From assembly GCA_002402905.1 (NCBI GenBank), contig DHGT01000124.1, positions 47,462-111,461 of the forward strand: a stretch of DNA of 64,000 nucleotides, in the 5' to 3' direction. The number at the start of each line of letters is the position of its first letter. Position 1 is the first letter of the stretch. The position numbers and the translations under genes are program-made. The notes beneath the pieces were generated by a model. The model worked only from the letters and a program-made list of their open reading frames with translations, made no database searches and was not told where the DNA came from. This stretch comes from Desulfatitalea sp. UBA4791 (lineage in GTDB: Bacteria > Desulfobacterota > Desulfobacteria > Desulfobacterales > Desulfosarcinaceae). Positions 33,696 to 44,600 of the stretch are shown piece after piece.

Positions 33696-36600
33696 TGCGG
33701 CGATGCACCTGCGTTGCGCCGCAGGGATACCTTGCGCCAGCCGCCGTCCTTGACCCAACAGTGCCATCCCCACTTCAACCAACCCAAAAGAGCCCATGCC
33801 AACCATAAGGACCAGACCAGCATCAGCAGGTTGAACAGCCACACCGGCAGGCTGATCAGCCAGGGTTGCGGCATGTTCCCCGCGATGTGGTCCTGGGTCC
33901 ACTTGAGCACCATGTGGCTCGATTGGTTGCCGGCGATCTGCATCTCCGGCTGGCCCAGCAGGCCGGCCTTGACCGCTGCAAAGAGGGCCGCCAGGGCGGC
34001 CAATGTCCATGCGACCAGCCCGATTTGAATGGCGTTGAACGGCAGCCAGTGCTGCGGCAGAGGAGACTTCGCCCGCAGGCCCAGGGCCAGCAGCCACCCC
34101 ACGATGATCAATGCCATGGCCGGTGGGACCTGGGTCAATCCCAACCCCAGCAGCAGCCATTGCCAGCTCCTCAGCGGCGTCAGGGGCAAACGCGCCAGAA
34201 CCAGGGCCGCAAGGACGATGGCGATCAGATAACTCCAGAAGAGCACCGCCGGCCCCCAACGGGGACCGCCGACCATCAGGATCCAGCGTTGGGCCGGCAC
34301 GTTCACCGTTACCCGGGCATTGACCGCCGGTTGGCCCAATTTCACCTCGGGAACTTTGAAAAAAGTGCCGAAGGATGACAGCTGCTGCCACCGGACCGCC
34401 ACCGCCTGGGCCCCCGGTTGCAGGGGCACGGTCACATAGGGTCCGTCCTGGCGCACGGGAAGCGTTCTACCGCCGACCGTCACCTGCTGCAAATTGGCAT
34501 TGGACGGCAGCTCCATCGTATGCTGCCCCCCGCGGCTGGTCCGTATCCGCATGCGCAGCTCGCCCTGGCCGAAACGCTGCCCCGGCGTCAACACCAGGTC
34601 GGCGCCATCGATGGTCTTGATCTGCCCGGGTACGGCCTCCGGACGATTTACCCGGATCGTGATTTTTTCACCGGGCCAGGGCTGCCAGCGCGGGCGCCAC
34701 TGACCGGCGGCGTCCTGATGGTGGACGGCCGCAATGCCCTCCGTTTCGCAATGCCAGATAGCACCCGCATCCAGGATCCATGTTTCGGTCCACGGAACGG
34801 CCTTTGGCGCTGTCAATTCGATTATGGGCGCGATGGTTAAGACAGAGTCGAAGGTCACCATCCTTTCGGACGGTGCCATGTTGATCAGGGCCTGCCCCTG
34901 GTCGACCTGGACGCCGGAAGTGGTGATCGATTCATCGGCCATCAAGGGCAGCGTCACCACGATGGGCGCACCGGTGGGGGTCAACCGCGTCACCGTGGTC
35001 GTTACCTGCCAGGTCAGTCCCAACCGCAGCAGCCGCTCGACCTGTAAAAACGGCGGGAGGCTGCCGGCGGGACGATCTGCCGATGGCGACCGGTCGTTCT
35101 TCAAACGGGTCAATTGGATACTGGATCCGGTATGGCCATTGGGATCGATGCCGTCCAGGCGCCACCCTGACGCCGCATAGGAGGCGTTGTGCGGTCGGAG
35201 CGGCAGCGGCATCTGAATCACCGATACCGCTGCCACATCGGCGGTCAGATTCAGGGTGTGGACGCCCGAAGGCACCAGGGCCCACATCTGGCCTTGGTCG
35301 TCGACGCGCAACCCGCTGATCGGTGCGTTATCCAGCAGGATCTGATCGGGCAGCCACGACCTTCGGTTGACCGGTAACGGGACAGCCATGCGATCAGCAC
35401 AGTGAATTTTCAACATCACCTGCAGGTCGTCTCCGGATGCGACCACCTCCATGCGTGCAATCTCGGCACAGTGGGGCAGGCAATCGGGCTTCTCCAGGAG
35501 ACGCTGGCGGAGCTCCTCCAGAAGAGCCGGCGGTGGAAAGATCGATGCATCGGCCGCATACGCCTCCGGCCGAAGCATGCCGAGGCACAAAACAACCCAT
35601 ACCACCGCCGCGGTTGCATTGAACCTGTCGCGGACCCGCTGCCACCATGGCCGCCACCACGATCGCCAATCGAACAGGATCCACATCAACAAGATCAGAA
35701 AAGCGACCCTGAGCATGGCCAGGATAAAATTCACGATCGGTGAGAGCAGATAGAACCGAATGTCTTGCGCCTTGGATACCGGGCCGCTCCAGCGCAGTTG
35801 AACCGATCGCCACTGCCAGTCCGGCAGGCCGGGTCCGGTGGGAATCAGTGCATCGGGATCATGGTCGATCAGATCAGCCTCCTTCACGGGAACGGAAACC
35901 GCGGCGGACGGGGTCTGCGCCCGTCCTGCCTTGGCCATCATCCTGGAACTCATGTCCGATTCGTCCATGCGCTCGACCATGGGAGCGGGGGGCGCCAGGT
36001 TCGACAGCTGCGTTCGGGCCGGAATGGGCCGATCGGCATGAGGGGCCAGTTGGGGGTACAGGCCCCAGCGGATCTCCTGCACCACGAAAGGGATGGCCGT
36101 GATCAACAAAACCGCCACGGCGCCGATGCCCCACATCGTCACCAGACGCCTGAACCAACCAGCCGGCAGCAGGGGCCACAAGGCCAGCACGGCCAACAAA
36201 TGGAGCCAGACCCAACGCGGGGCGCCGGTTTCGTGCCATATGAGCGTCATGGTCACCAGGGCCGCTATCCCCCAGTACCAGGCCCGCAGTTTGGCTACCG
36301 CCAGGGCGATGATCAACAGAAGGAACAGATCGAGCAGCGACCAGCGTTTCAGCCAGGTATCAGAGAGCCAGTCGACGCCCGACGCCGAAAAAATACGCCA
36401 TCCCGGCGGCAGGTGAAGAACGCCCGTGACGGTCTGGAAATCGTGGTCCCATCCCACGGCGGACATCGCCGCCGGGCGATCTGGCAGGCGGCTGTCCGCT
36501 TCCATGGACAGATGGCCCCGGCGCAACTCGACGCCCATCTTCTTTTCGGGGCCCTGTTCCGTGATCACCCGCTCCTCTCCGTCCACGGCCACCCGTCCCA

Positions 36601-37753
36601 GGACCATGGGCGCGTTGACGGCCAGCGACCACTGGCGGCTGAGGGTGCCGCTGATCGCGTCACGAAGGGTAAATCCGGCGCCATCGAAATCGAGCCACCA
36701 GGTCCGATGCAGGACGAGTTGATCCGGCGCCGGATCCGGATCGCCCCTGCGGATCTCCTTGAGGGTCATGGCGCCGCCCGATTTCAACAAATAGGCCGGA
36801 TAACCGCGCCAGGCATCCGGCATGTCGGTCTGACCGGGCTCCACCGGCGCCACATCGAGAACCTCCACCATGCGCAACGCGTGCCGGGGTTGAAAGGACC
36901 AGACCTCATCCCCATAGGGGCAGGGACCGGCGTTGATTTTGAATTGCGGGCCGGACATGCGAGCAACGATGGAAATCTCCCATCGTCCGGCCCTGGCCTG
37001 CACCGTCAACCGCCCATTGGCATCCAGCCGCGCCGGCAGTAGGCTCTTGATGTCCATGGGGATGCTGTTTTCCAACAATACCCCGGGAAGTTCGATTTCA
37101 CGCGAATTGCCCGATATGTCGAGGCGCAGGTGCGTGGTGACCTGCATGGGAATGGTATCGTCCAGCAGACGGAACAGCCGCAAGGCGATGCGCTCTTCAC
37201 GGCCTCCGGCGGACGCTCCCTCCTGTAGCCAGAGCCGTCCCTGGGCATCGATGGTCGTGGTACGGATCCGGCGCCCGTCGATGTTGAGTTCCAGCAACCC
37301 CAGTTCGGGAGGCACCTGGATCATCTCCGGACGCTGTTGCCAGATGAATCGTCCCATGATCCGATGATCGCCGGGCGACAACCGGATCATGGGTGCGTCG
37401 TTTCGATGAATCACGGCCACGGATTGCCCGTCCACCGTGACGCTGTCGGGCCACAAATCGGCATTGCCCGGCAAAACGACCCACCCTTCGGCAAACATGA
37501 GCCACCGCTGTTCGAAGGTCCCTTGATCAGACGAAAATTCGAGGTGCAATCGCGATGGCCACTGGCAACGCGCCACCGTACCGTCATCGTAATCGGTGGG
37601 GCATAGCGCTTCGGATTGGCCATGCAGCACCCACGGCGCCCAAGCCTCAAGACCCGGAGGGATGTCGCCGGGCGCCATGGCCGCATCCGCCACGGAGGTG
37701 AACACCAGCAACAGGCCCACCAGGAGCCAGGCAAATCCCGATTTGCGATTCAT
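33692..37753 (-). CDS. Large envelope protein of unknown function (internally duplicated; extracytoplasmic plus TM modules)
   Basis: 1353 aa, signal peptide, two TM clusters, self-similar halves. Confidence 0.85.
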   Translation of the reverse strand: MNRKSGFAWLLVGLLLVFTSVADAAMAPGDIPPGLEAWAPWVLHGQSEALCPTDYDDGTVARCQWPSRLHLEFSSDQGTFEQRWLMFAEGWVVLPGNADLWPDSVTVDGQSVAVIHRNDAPMIRLSPGDHRIMGRFIWQQRPEMIQVPPELGLLELNIDGRRIRTTTIDAQGRLWLQEGASAGGREERIALRLFRLLDDTIPMQVTTHLRLDISGNSREIELPGVLLENSIPMDIKSLLPARLDANGRLTVQARAGRWEISIVARMSGPQFKINAGPCPYGDEVWSFQPRHALRMVEVLDVAPVEPGQTDMPDAWRGYPAYLLKSGGAMTLKEIRRGDPDPAPDQLVLHRTWWLDFDGAGFTLRDAISGTLSRQWSLAVNAPMVLGRVAVDGEERVITEQGPEKKMGVELRRGHLSMEADSRLPDRPAAMSAVGWDHDFQTVTGVLHLPPGWRIFSASGVDWLSDTWLKRWSLLDLFLLLIIALAVAKLRAWYWGIAALVTMTLIWHETGAPRWVWLHLLAVLALWPLLPAGWFRRLVTMWGIGAVAVLLITAIPFVVQEIRWGLYPQLAPHADRPIPARTQLSNLAPPAPMVERMDESDMSSRMMAKAGRAQTPSAAVSVPVKEADLIDHDPDALIPTGPGLPDWQWRSVQLRWSGPVSKAQDIRFYLLSPIVNFILAMLRVAFLILLMWILFDWRSWWRPWWQRVRDRFNATAAVVWVVLCLGMLRPEAYAADASIFPPPALLEELRQRLLEKPDCLPHCAEIARMEVVASGDDLQVMLKIHCADRMAVPLPVNRRSWLPDQILLDNAPISGLRVDDQGQMWALVPSGVHTLNLTADVAAVSVIQMPLPLRPHNASYAASGWRLDGIDPNGHTGSSIQLTRLKNDRSPSADRPAGSLPPFLQVERLLRLGLTWQVTTTVTRLTPTGAPIVVTLPLMADESITTSGVQVDQGQALINMAPSERMVTFDSVLTIAPIIELTAPKAVPWTETWILDAGAIWHCETEGIAAVHHQDAAGQWRPRWQPWPGEKITIRVNRPEAVPGQIKTIDGADLVLTPGQRFGQGELRMRIRTSRGGQHTMELPSNANLQQVTVGGRTLPVRQDGPYVTVPLQPGAQAVAVRWQQLSSFGTFFKVPEVKLGQPAVNARVTVNVPAQRWILMVGGPRWGPAVLFWSYLIAIVLAALVLARLPLTPLRSWQWLLLGLGLTQVPPAMALIIVGWLLALGLRAKSPLPQHWLPFNAIQIGLVAWTLAALAALFAAVKAGLLGQPEMQIAGNQSSHMVLKWTQDHIAGNMPQPWLISLPVWLFNLLMLVWSLWLAWALLGWLKWGWHCWVKDGGWRKVSLRRNAGASPH

Positions 37754-37829
37754 CGTCCAAAACCTTTGTCATGGGTTTTAAAAGGATGTGATATACAACG
37801 AATCATTGATGATATCCAGCGCCACCCCG

Positions 37830-38669
37830 TCACCGCACCACGCGATTGGTAATGGCCCCTATTTTCTCGATCCAGCAGGAGACTTCATCGCCCTCGTCCA
37901 GAACGATGGGCGGATCGCGGAAAATCCCCACGCCGGCCGGCGTGCCGGTGGAAATCACGTCCCCTGGCACGAGAGTGATGTCTTCGCTGATGTTGGCGAT
38001 CAGGGCGGGAAGGTCGAAAATCAGGTCGCGGGTGTGGCCGTCCTGCATGATCCGGCCGTTCACCGTGGCGGTCAGACGCAGATCGTGGGGATCGCCGATC
38101 TCGTCGAGAGTCACCAGGGCCGGGCCCATGGGGGCGAAGGTGTCGAACGCCTTTCCCCGAAACCATTGGGAGTCGGCGAATTGCGCCTCGCGCCCGGACA
38201 CATCGTTCATCACCGTCACACCGGCCACGTGGGACAAGGCTTGCGCGCGCACGATACGCTTGCCCGCTTTTCCGATGACGAGGGCCAACTCCACCTCCCA
38301 GTCGACCTTTCCGGAGCTGCGCGGCAGCAGGATCGGGTCGAACGGACCATTGAGCGTGTTGGGCGTCTTTGAAAAAATCAACGGGCTGGCCGGCGTCTCG
38401 AAACCGCCTTCACGGGCATGCTCGGCATAATTCTTCCCCAGGCAGATGATCTTGGAGGGTCGTGCGATGGGCGGCCCCCAGCGTTCCTTGGATTCACGGG
38501 CATGGGCCGACAGGTCGAGTCCGGCCAGACGTTCCAGCCACCCCTGCCTGAAAAACTGCTCGTCGATATCCGGGATTTCCGGAAAAAGCACGCGCAGGTC
38601 CACCACCTTGCCGTCGATCGACAATCCGGGGCGCTCACGGCCGGGCGCTCCCATTCGGATGAGTCTCAT
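37830..38669 (-). CDS. Fumarylacetoacetate hydrolase family protein
   Basis: KIICLGKNYAEH, DWEVEL, NDVSGR, GKAFDTF, GDVISTGTPAGVG; GAGG RBS. Confidence 0.93.
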   Translation of the reverse strand: MRLIRMGAPGRERPGLSIDGKVVDLRVLFPEIPDIDEQFFRQGWLERLAGLDLSAHARESKERWGPPIARPSKIICLGKNYAEHAREGGFETPASPLIFSKTPNTLNGPFDPILLPRSSGKVDWEVELALVIGKAGKRIVRAQALSHVAGVTVMNDVSGREAQFADSQWFRGKAFDTFAPMGPALVTLDEIGDPHDLRLTATVNGRIMQDGHTRDLIFDLPALIANISEDITLVPGDVISTGTPAGVGIFRDPPIVLDEGDEVSCWIEKIGAITNRVVR

Positions 38670-38997
38670 CGCCACCTCTTTACATCGAATCTGCATCGAA
38701 CATTCATGGCCCCGGAAGGCCGCCACAACACCGTTTGGACAAAAATACAGGCAGTTGGATAAGAACCGCCCATAGCCTTTGTGCCATGAATCCAAACGGC
38801 TGTAAAGGGGACGCCGGTCCCCTCAATATGCCAGGGCCGCACCTGGCGGCAATGGATACAAAACGGGGAGTCACCCCCACACCTCCCATAACTCTTTGTT
38901 TTGATACAAGGTTTGAAATAAAATTTTGCTTGTTTTTTATATCGCGATATGAAATTTAAACTAGATTTCGCGTCCATTGTCTGGAGGGTCAACCCGT

Positions 38998-41523
38998 ATG
39001 CATCCCAAATCCCCCAAATCGCCGCCCGCAACGGCCGATGCTCCCGCCGATGCTCCCAATGATCCTCAAGTCTCCCAAAAATTGAAAAAGCTGGGCGAGT
39101 TGTTCAGCCTGATGGGCCCTGACCCCGAGCAGAATATTCACATCATCGTTCAGCAAGCCTACCAATTGCTCGGCAGCGCCTGTTCGCTCTACAACCGCAT
39201 CGACGATCACGAAGCTTCGCTGGCCTGCTGGTCCGGATACAATCTGCCCCCGGGGTTTCCGGCCAAGGACAAAGCCGCCGGACATATCTGTTTCGAAGCG
39301 ACCATCCAGAGCGGCAACCGGCCCGTGATCCTCGAGGACCTCACCCGCACCCCCTTTTACGAAAGCGATCCCTATGTCCGCCAATATGGTCTGAAGAGCT
39401 ACCTGGGATATCCGGTGTATTGCCGGGAGAGCGTCATCGGCGCCCTGTGCATCGTGGACACGCAGGTTCGGCAGTTCAATGAGATCGACATCTACATCAT
39501 CAGTACCCTGGCGAAATTCCTCTCCCTCGAAGAGGATCGCAAACAGGCCCAGGCGGCATTGCGCCAGAGCGAAGCCAAGCATCGCCGGCTCCACAAAATG
39601 TTGCGCCTGATGGCCGACAACGTCCCGGACCTGATCTGGGCCAAGGACCTGGACGACCGTTACATGTTCGCCAACCAGGCCCTGTGCGACAAACTGCTCC
39701 AATGCCGCCATCCCGATGAGGCCATCGGCAACACCGAAGCGTATTTTGCCGAGAAGGAGCGGAAACTCGGCCACCAGCACACCTTTGGCGACGGCGCCAT
39801 CAACTCGGACGAAATCACCAAGCTGCGCAAATCGGCCGGCCGTTTTCTCGAAGAGGGCCTGATCCGCAATCATTACCTGATGCTCGATGTCCATAAGGCG
39901 CCCTTCTGGGACGATAATGGTCAGTTGATCGGGACGGTGGGCTGCGCCAGGGATGTGACCCGCGAGAAGCAGACGGCCAGGGCGCTCCAGGAGAGCGAAC
40001 AGCGCTACAAGGATCTTTATCAAAACGCTTCGGTCATGCTCTACTCCCTCGACAGCGAGGACCGCATCACCAGCGTGAGCAACATGTGGCTGGAAACCAT
40101 GGGATACCAGCGGGAAGAGGTCATCGGCCGATCCGCCTTTGATTTTTTCACCTCCCAGAGCCGCCGCGACGCCATAGAGAACTCTTTCCCCGCATTTTAC
40201 AAGTCCGGTTCTATCAAAAATCGCCCCTATCAATTTGTTACCCGGCAGGGGGAGATCAAAGACATCCTGCTCAGCGCCATCGCCCAACGCGACACGCGCG
40301 GCAACTATTCTGGCGCATTGGCCTTCATCGTGGACGTCACCCTGAATCGGGAGGCCGAAAAGGATCAACGCCGGCTGGCGGCGCGCCTGCAACAAGCCCA
40401 GAAAATGGAGTCCATTGCGACATTGGCTGGCGGGATCGCCCACCAGTTCAACAATGCCCTGGCCGTCATCCTCGGCAATCTGGAACTGATCCAGATGGAC
40501 GGTCTGGCCGACGCCAAAATCATGCGGTTCGTGGAACCCATCCAGCAGGCGGGCCATAAAATGGTCCAATTGACGAGTCAATTGCTGGCCTATGCCCGCG
40601 GCGGCAAATTCCAGACCCAGACCGTGGCCTCCCACCATTTCGTTCGCGAAACCCTGAGCCTGGTCAACCACAGCCTGTCGCCCTACGTGGAGCTCGAGAC
40701 GGAATTGGAAGAGTCCACCGATCCCATCGAAGTGGACAGCACCCAGATGCAGATGCTGCTGGCCGCCATTTTGTCCAATGCCTCCGAGGCCATCGAAGAG
40801 AAAGGCACGGTGCGCGTCACACTGCGCAACGTCGACGTGCTGCCGGACGACTGCATCAAATATCAAGGCCTCAAGCCGGGAAGGCATGTCCTGCTCAGCA
40901 TTACCGATACCGGTAAAGGCATGGATCAAAAGACCCTCGAACGCGTCTTCGAGCCGTTTTATACGACCAAATTCCAGGGGCGGGGCCTCGGCATGGCGGC
41001 CGTGTATGGCATCGTCAAAAAGCACGGCGGTTTTGTCTACGTGGCATCCGAGCTGGGCAAGGGCACCACGGTGTCCATCTACCTGCCGTGCGCCAGCGCT
41101 GCCGACGCGGCACCCGGCGACACGGTCAAACCGCTGCACACCGGCCATGGCAGCGGAATGGCGCTGATCATCGAAGACGAAGAGCTGGTCATGGAGGTCA
41201 ACCGGGCCATTGTCGAAAAACTCGGCTACGGGGTCCTGGAGGCCAAATCGGGCAAGGAGGCCTTGCAACTTGCAGAAGAATATCCCGATGCCATCGCATT
41301 TGCCCTCCTGGATGTCGTCCTGCCGGACATGAGCGGCAACCAGATCTATCCCAAGCTCAAGGAGCTGCGGCCCGACCTGAAGGTGATCGTCTGCAGCGGC
41401 TTCACCCTCGACGGTCCGGCCCGGGAGATCATCAATGCCGGCGCAGAATGCTTTCTTCCCAAACCGTTCTCCGTGGCGGCCTTGTCCGCGGCGCTGGAAG
41501 AGGTGCTGAACAACAAACAGTAG
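38998..41523 (+). CDS. Cytoplasmic hybrid histidine kinase (GAF-PAS-PAS-HK-REC)
   Basis: GAF, two PAS domains, AGGIAHQFNN, PFYTTKFQGRGLGM, C-terminal receiver. Confidence 0.93.
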   Translation: MHPKSPKSPPATADAPADAPNDPQVSQKLKKLGELFSLMGPDPEQNIHIIVQQAYQLLGSACSLYNRIDDHEASLACWSGYNLPPGFPAKDKAAGHICFEATIQSGNRPVILEDLTRTPFYESDPYVRQYGLKSYLGYPVYCRESVIGALCIVDTQVRQFNEIDIYIISTLAKFLSLEEDRKQAQAALRQSEAKHRRLHKMLRLMADNVPDLIWAKDLDDRYMFANQALCDKLLQCRHPDEAIGNTEAYFAEKERKLGHQHTFGDGAINSDEITKLRKSAGRFLEEGLIRNHYLMLDVHKAPFWDDNGQLIGTVGCARDVTREKQTARALQESEQRYKDLYQNASVMLYSLDSEDRITSVSNMWLETMGYQREEVIGRSAFDFFTSQSRRDAIENSFPAFYKSGSIKNRPYQFVTRQGEIKDILLSAIAQRDTRGNYSGALAFIVDVTLNREAEKDQRRLAARLQQAQKMESIATLAGGIAHQFNNALAVILGNLELIQMDGLADAKIMRFVEPIQQAGHKMVQLTSQLLAYARGGKFQTQTVASHHFVRETLSLVNHSLSPYVELETELEESTDPIEVDSTQMQMLLAAILSNASEAIEEKGTVRVTLRNVDVLPDDCIKYQGLKPGRHVLLSITDTGKGMDQKTLERVFEPFYTTKFQGRGLGMAAVYGIVKKHGGFVYVASELGKGTTVSIYLPCASAADAAPGDTVKPLHTGHGSGMALIIEDEELVMEVNRAIVEKLGYGVLEAKSGKEALQLAEEYPDAIAFALLDVVLPDMSGNQIYPKLKELRPDLKVIVCSGFTLDGPAREIINAGAECFLPKPFSVAALSAALEEVLNNKQ

Positions 41524-41570
41524 ACATTGGACAGCTGTTCACTCAATGCCAGTAACTTACGCGAGCGTTG

Positions 41571-41672
41571 CGGTACGCGTACTCGTCATTGAAAAACCTG
41601 CCGAAGCTTTCATTTTCCAGCCTCGAATGCACAACCATCGAGTACGAGAACGAGTTCGAGTGCGTGTACGCG
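41571..41672. repeat. Degenerate relative of the CGAGTA-hexamer palindromic element
   Basis: CGAGTA CGAGAA CGAGTT CGAGTG at 41639-41662 and complementary CGCGTACTCG upstream; lies between convergent genes. Confidence 0.6.
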
Positions 41673-41693
41673 GAATACAACAAAGCCGGGCCA

Positions 41694-44600
41694 TCAATGC
41701 CCATCCAGATAGCGCTCGAGGTAGCGGGCGGTGTGCGATCTCTTTGTCTTGCCCAGCATCTCCCGGGGTGAGCCCACGGCCACCAGCTTTCCACCGGCGG
41801 CTCCGCCTTCGGGTCCAAGGTCGATGAGATAATCGGCCGCCTTGATGATCTCCATGTTGTGTTCGATGGTCACCACCGTATGGCCTTGGTCCACCAGCCC
41901 CTGAAGCACGTCGATCAACAGGCGCACATCGGCGGGATGCAGACCGGTGGTGGGCTCGTCCAACAGATAAAGGGTCGGACCGTTGGCGCGTTGGGCCATC
42001 TCCCGGGCCAGCTTGATGCGTTGGGCCTCCCCGCCCGACAGGGTGGGGCTGGGCTGGCCCAGTTGCAGGTAACCCAACCCGATGTCGCACACGAACTGCA
42101 CCGCCTGGCGAATCTTCGGTATGGCCGAGAAGAACTGCAAGGCCTCGGCAAAGGTCATCTGCAACACCTCGGCCATGTGCTTGCCTTTGTATCGAATCGC
42201 CAACGTCTCCGCGTTGTAGCGCGCTCCGCCGCACACCTCGCAAGGCACATACACATCGGGCAGAAAGGCCATCTCCACCTTGGGACGGCCCTGTCCTTTG
42301 CAGGCCGGACAACGGCCCTCTTCCACATTGAAGGAGAAACGGGCCGCACCGTATCCCCTGGCCCGCGCCTCGGGTACCTGGGCGAAGAGATTACGGATGT
42401 CGGTGAGAAAGCCCACGTAGGAGGCCGGCACCGATCGGGGCGTCCGGCCGATGGGGGTGTGGTCCACCTCCAGGACGCGAGTCAGCGCCTGCCAGCCCTC
42501 CATGCCCTTGCACGTGTCATTCAATGGCGACTGGCCGCGCAGCCGTTGATGAAGTCCCTGGTAGAGGGTCGTCTTGACCAGGCTGGACTTTCCCGAACCG
42601 CTCACGCCGGTCACGCAGATCAGTCGGTTGAGCGGCAGGCGCACGTGGATGCCTTTGAGATTGTTGGCTGAGGCGCCGACGATCTTCAATGCCGTACCCC
42701 GCCGGCAGGGGCGCATCCGGCTGGTGATCCGGGTTCGGCCGCCCTCGAGCACCGCTCCGGTGACCGAAGCGGGCTCGCGCCGCAGGTCGTCCAGGCCGCC
42801 CGTGGCCACCACGCGCCCGCCGTTGGCACCGGCCCCGGGCCCCAGGTCGATGATCGTGTCGGCGGCCCGGATGGTCTCTTCGTCGTGCTCGACCACGATG
42901 ACGGTGTTGCCGCGGTCGCGCAGTTCGCCCAGGGCCTCGACCAGGATATGGTTGTCCCGCGCGTGCAGGCCGATGGTGGGCTCATCCAGGATATAGGTGA
43001 CGCCGGTGAGGTTGGAACCGAGTTGGGCCGCCAGCCGCACCCGTTGCGCCTCTCCGCCCGAAAGGGTATCGCCCGAGCGCGAGAGGGCCAGATAGCCCAG
43101 ACCGAGCCGGTTCATCAATCCAAGGCGGGTCTTGAGCTCGCTCAAAATGGGGTCTGCCAGGGGACGCTGTTGTTCGGGGAACGACAAGCGATCCAGGATG
43201 GGGAGCAACTCACCGGCCGGTTGCCGCACCAGGTCCCAGATGGTGCGTTCCTGAACCTGCACCGACAAGGCTTCCGGCCGCAATCGGCTGCCCTGGCAGT
43301 CGGGGCAGATCTTGGCATCTTTTCCCTCCTCGAACTCGTCCACGCCCACGACCCCCAATCCGTCGCAGCGCGGGCAGGCGCCCTGGGGGGAATTGAAGGA
43401 AAAAAGCCGCGGATCGCCCTGAACGGCGCCCAGGCCGCAAGACGGGCAGCGGCCGTGTACGCTGAACATCTCCTCGCGGCCGGTCGCCGGATCGAGCGCG
43501 ATCAGGGTGCCGTCCCCTTCGTTCAGCGCCGTGGTCACCAGATCCGCCAGGCCCGTTTTGGTTCCCCGCCCTTTGGAAGTTTCACCCACCACCAGATCAA
43601 TATAGTGGTCGTGGTAGCGGTTCAAGGCCATGCCCGACGTCAGCGCCACCACCTGCCCGTCGATACGGGCGCGGCCGTATCCGAGTTTCAGGGCCCGGGC
43701 CAGAACGTCTTTGTGAAAACCCTTTCGCCCAGCGACTTTGGGTGCCATGAGCAGGACCCCGCGCCGACCGTAGCGGCCGGCGATCTGTTCTTTGACCTCC
43801 GCTTCGCTCTGGCGCGACAGGGGCCGCAAGCATCCCGGGCAATGGGCATTGCCCAGCTTGGAAAAGAGCAGGCGCAGAAAATGGTAGATCTCGGTCAAGG
43901 TCGCCACGGTCGAGCGCCGGCTGGTATGGCTGATGCGTTGTTCGATGGCCACGGTGGGCGACAAACCGGTGACCAGATCCACCTCGGGCCGCTCGAGGAT
44001 CTTCATATATTGACGCACGTAGGGCGCCAGGCTCTCCAGGTAGCGGCGTTGCCCTTCGGCGAACAGGATGTCGAACGCCAGGGTGGACTTGCCCGAGCCG
44101 CTCACCCCGGTAAACACCACCAACTGGTTGTGAGGCACGGCCAGGTCCACATTTTTCAGGTTGTGCTCCCGTGCGCCGCGCACCTGGATGGCGCGGCCGT
44201 TGTCCGATGTGGCCGGCGGCGCCATCCGCGCCACCGGTTCGATACGGCCCTCCAGGCAAGGTTTCAAAAAGCGGCCGGTGTGCGACGCGGGCGCAGCGGC
44301 AATGGTTTCGGGCGTGCCGGCGGCCACCACCCGTCCGCCCCCGTCGCCGCCCTCGGGCCCCAGGTCGATGACCCAGTCGGCGGATTTGATCACATCCAGG
44401 TGGTGCTCGATGATGAGCATGCTGTTGCCCTCGTCCACCAGGCGCTGCACCACCTGCAGCAAGGTGGCGATGTCGTCCAGGTGCAGACCGGTGGTGGGCT
44501 CGTCGAAGATCAGCAGCCGGTCCTGGCGGCCGGCACCCAGGTAGCGTGACAGCTTGAGGCGCTGGGCCTCGCCGCCCGAAAAGGTCGAAATCGGTTGGCC

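Noticed and set aside
33457-33753. ORF containing STSTAALKYAYEY, with a similar peptide in 60963-61688
   Set aside because: Translation of the dispersed repeat; the flanking frames differ between copies and there is no transposase motif.
38989-41268. 759-aa antisense ORF
   Set aside because: Mirror of the hybrid kinase; typical stop-poor antisense frame of a GC-rich gene, with no motifs.
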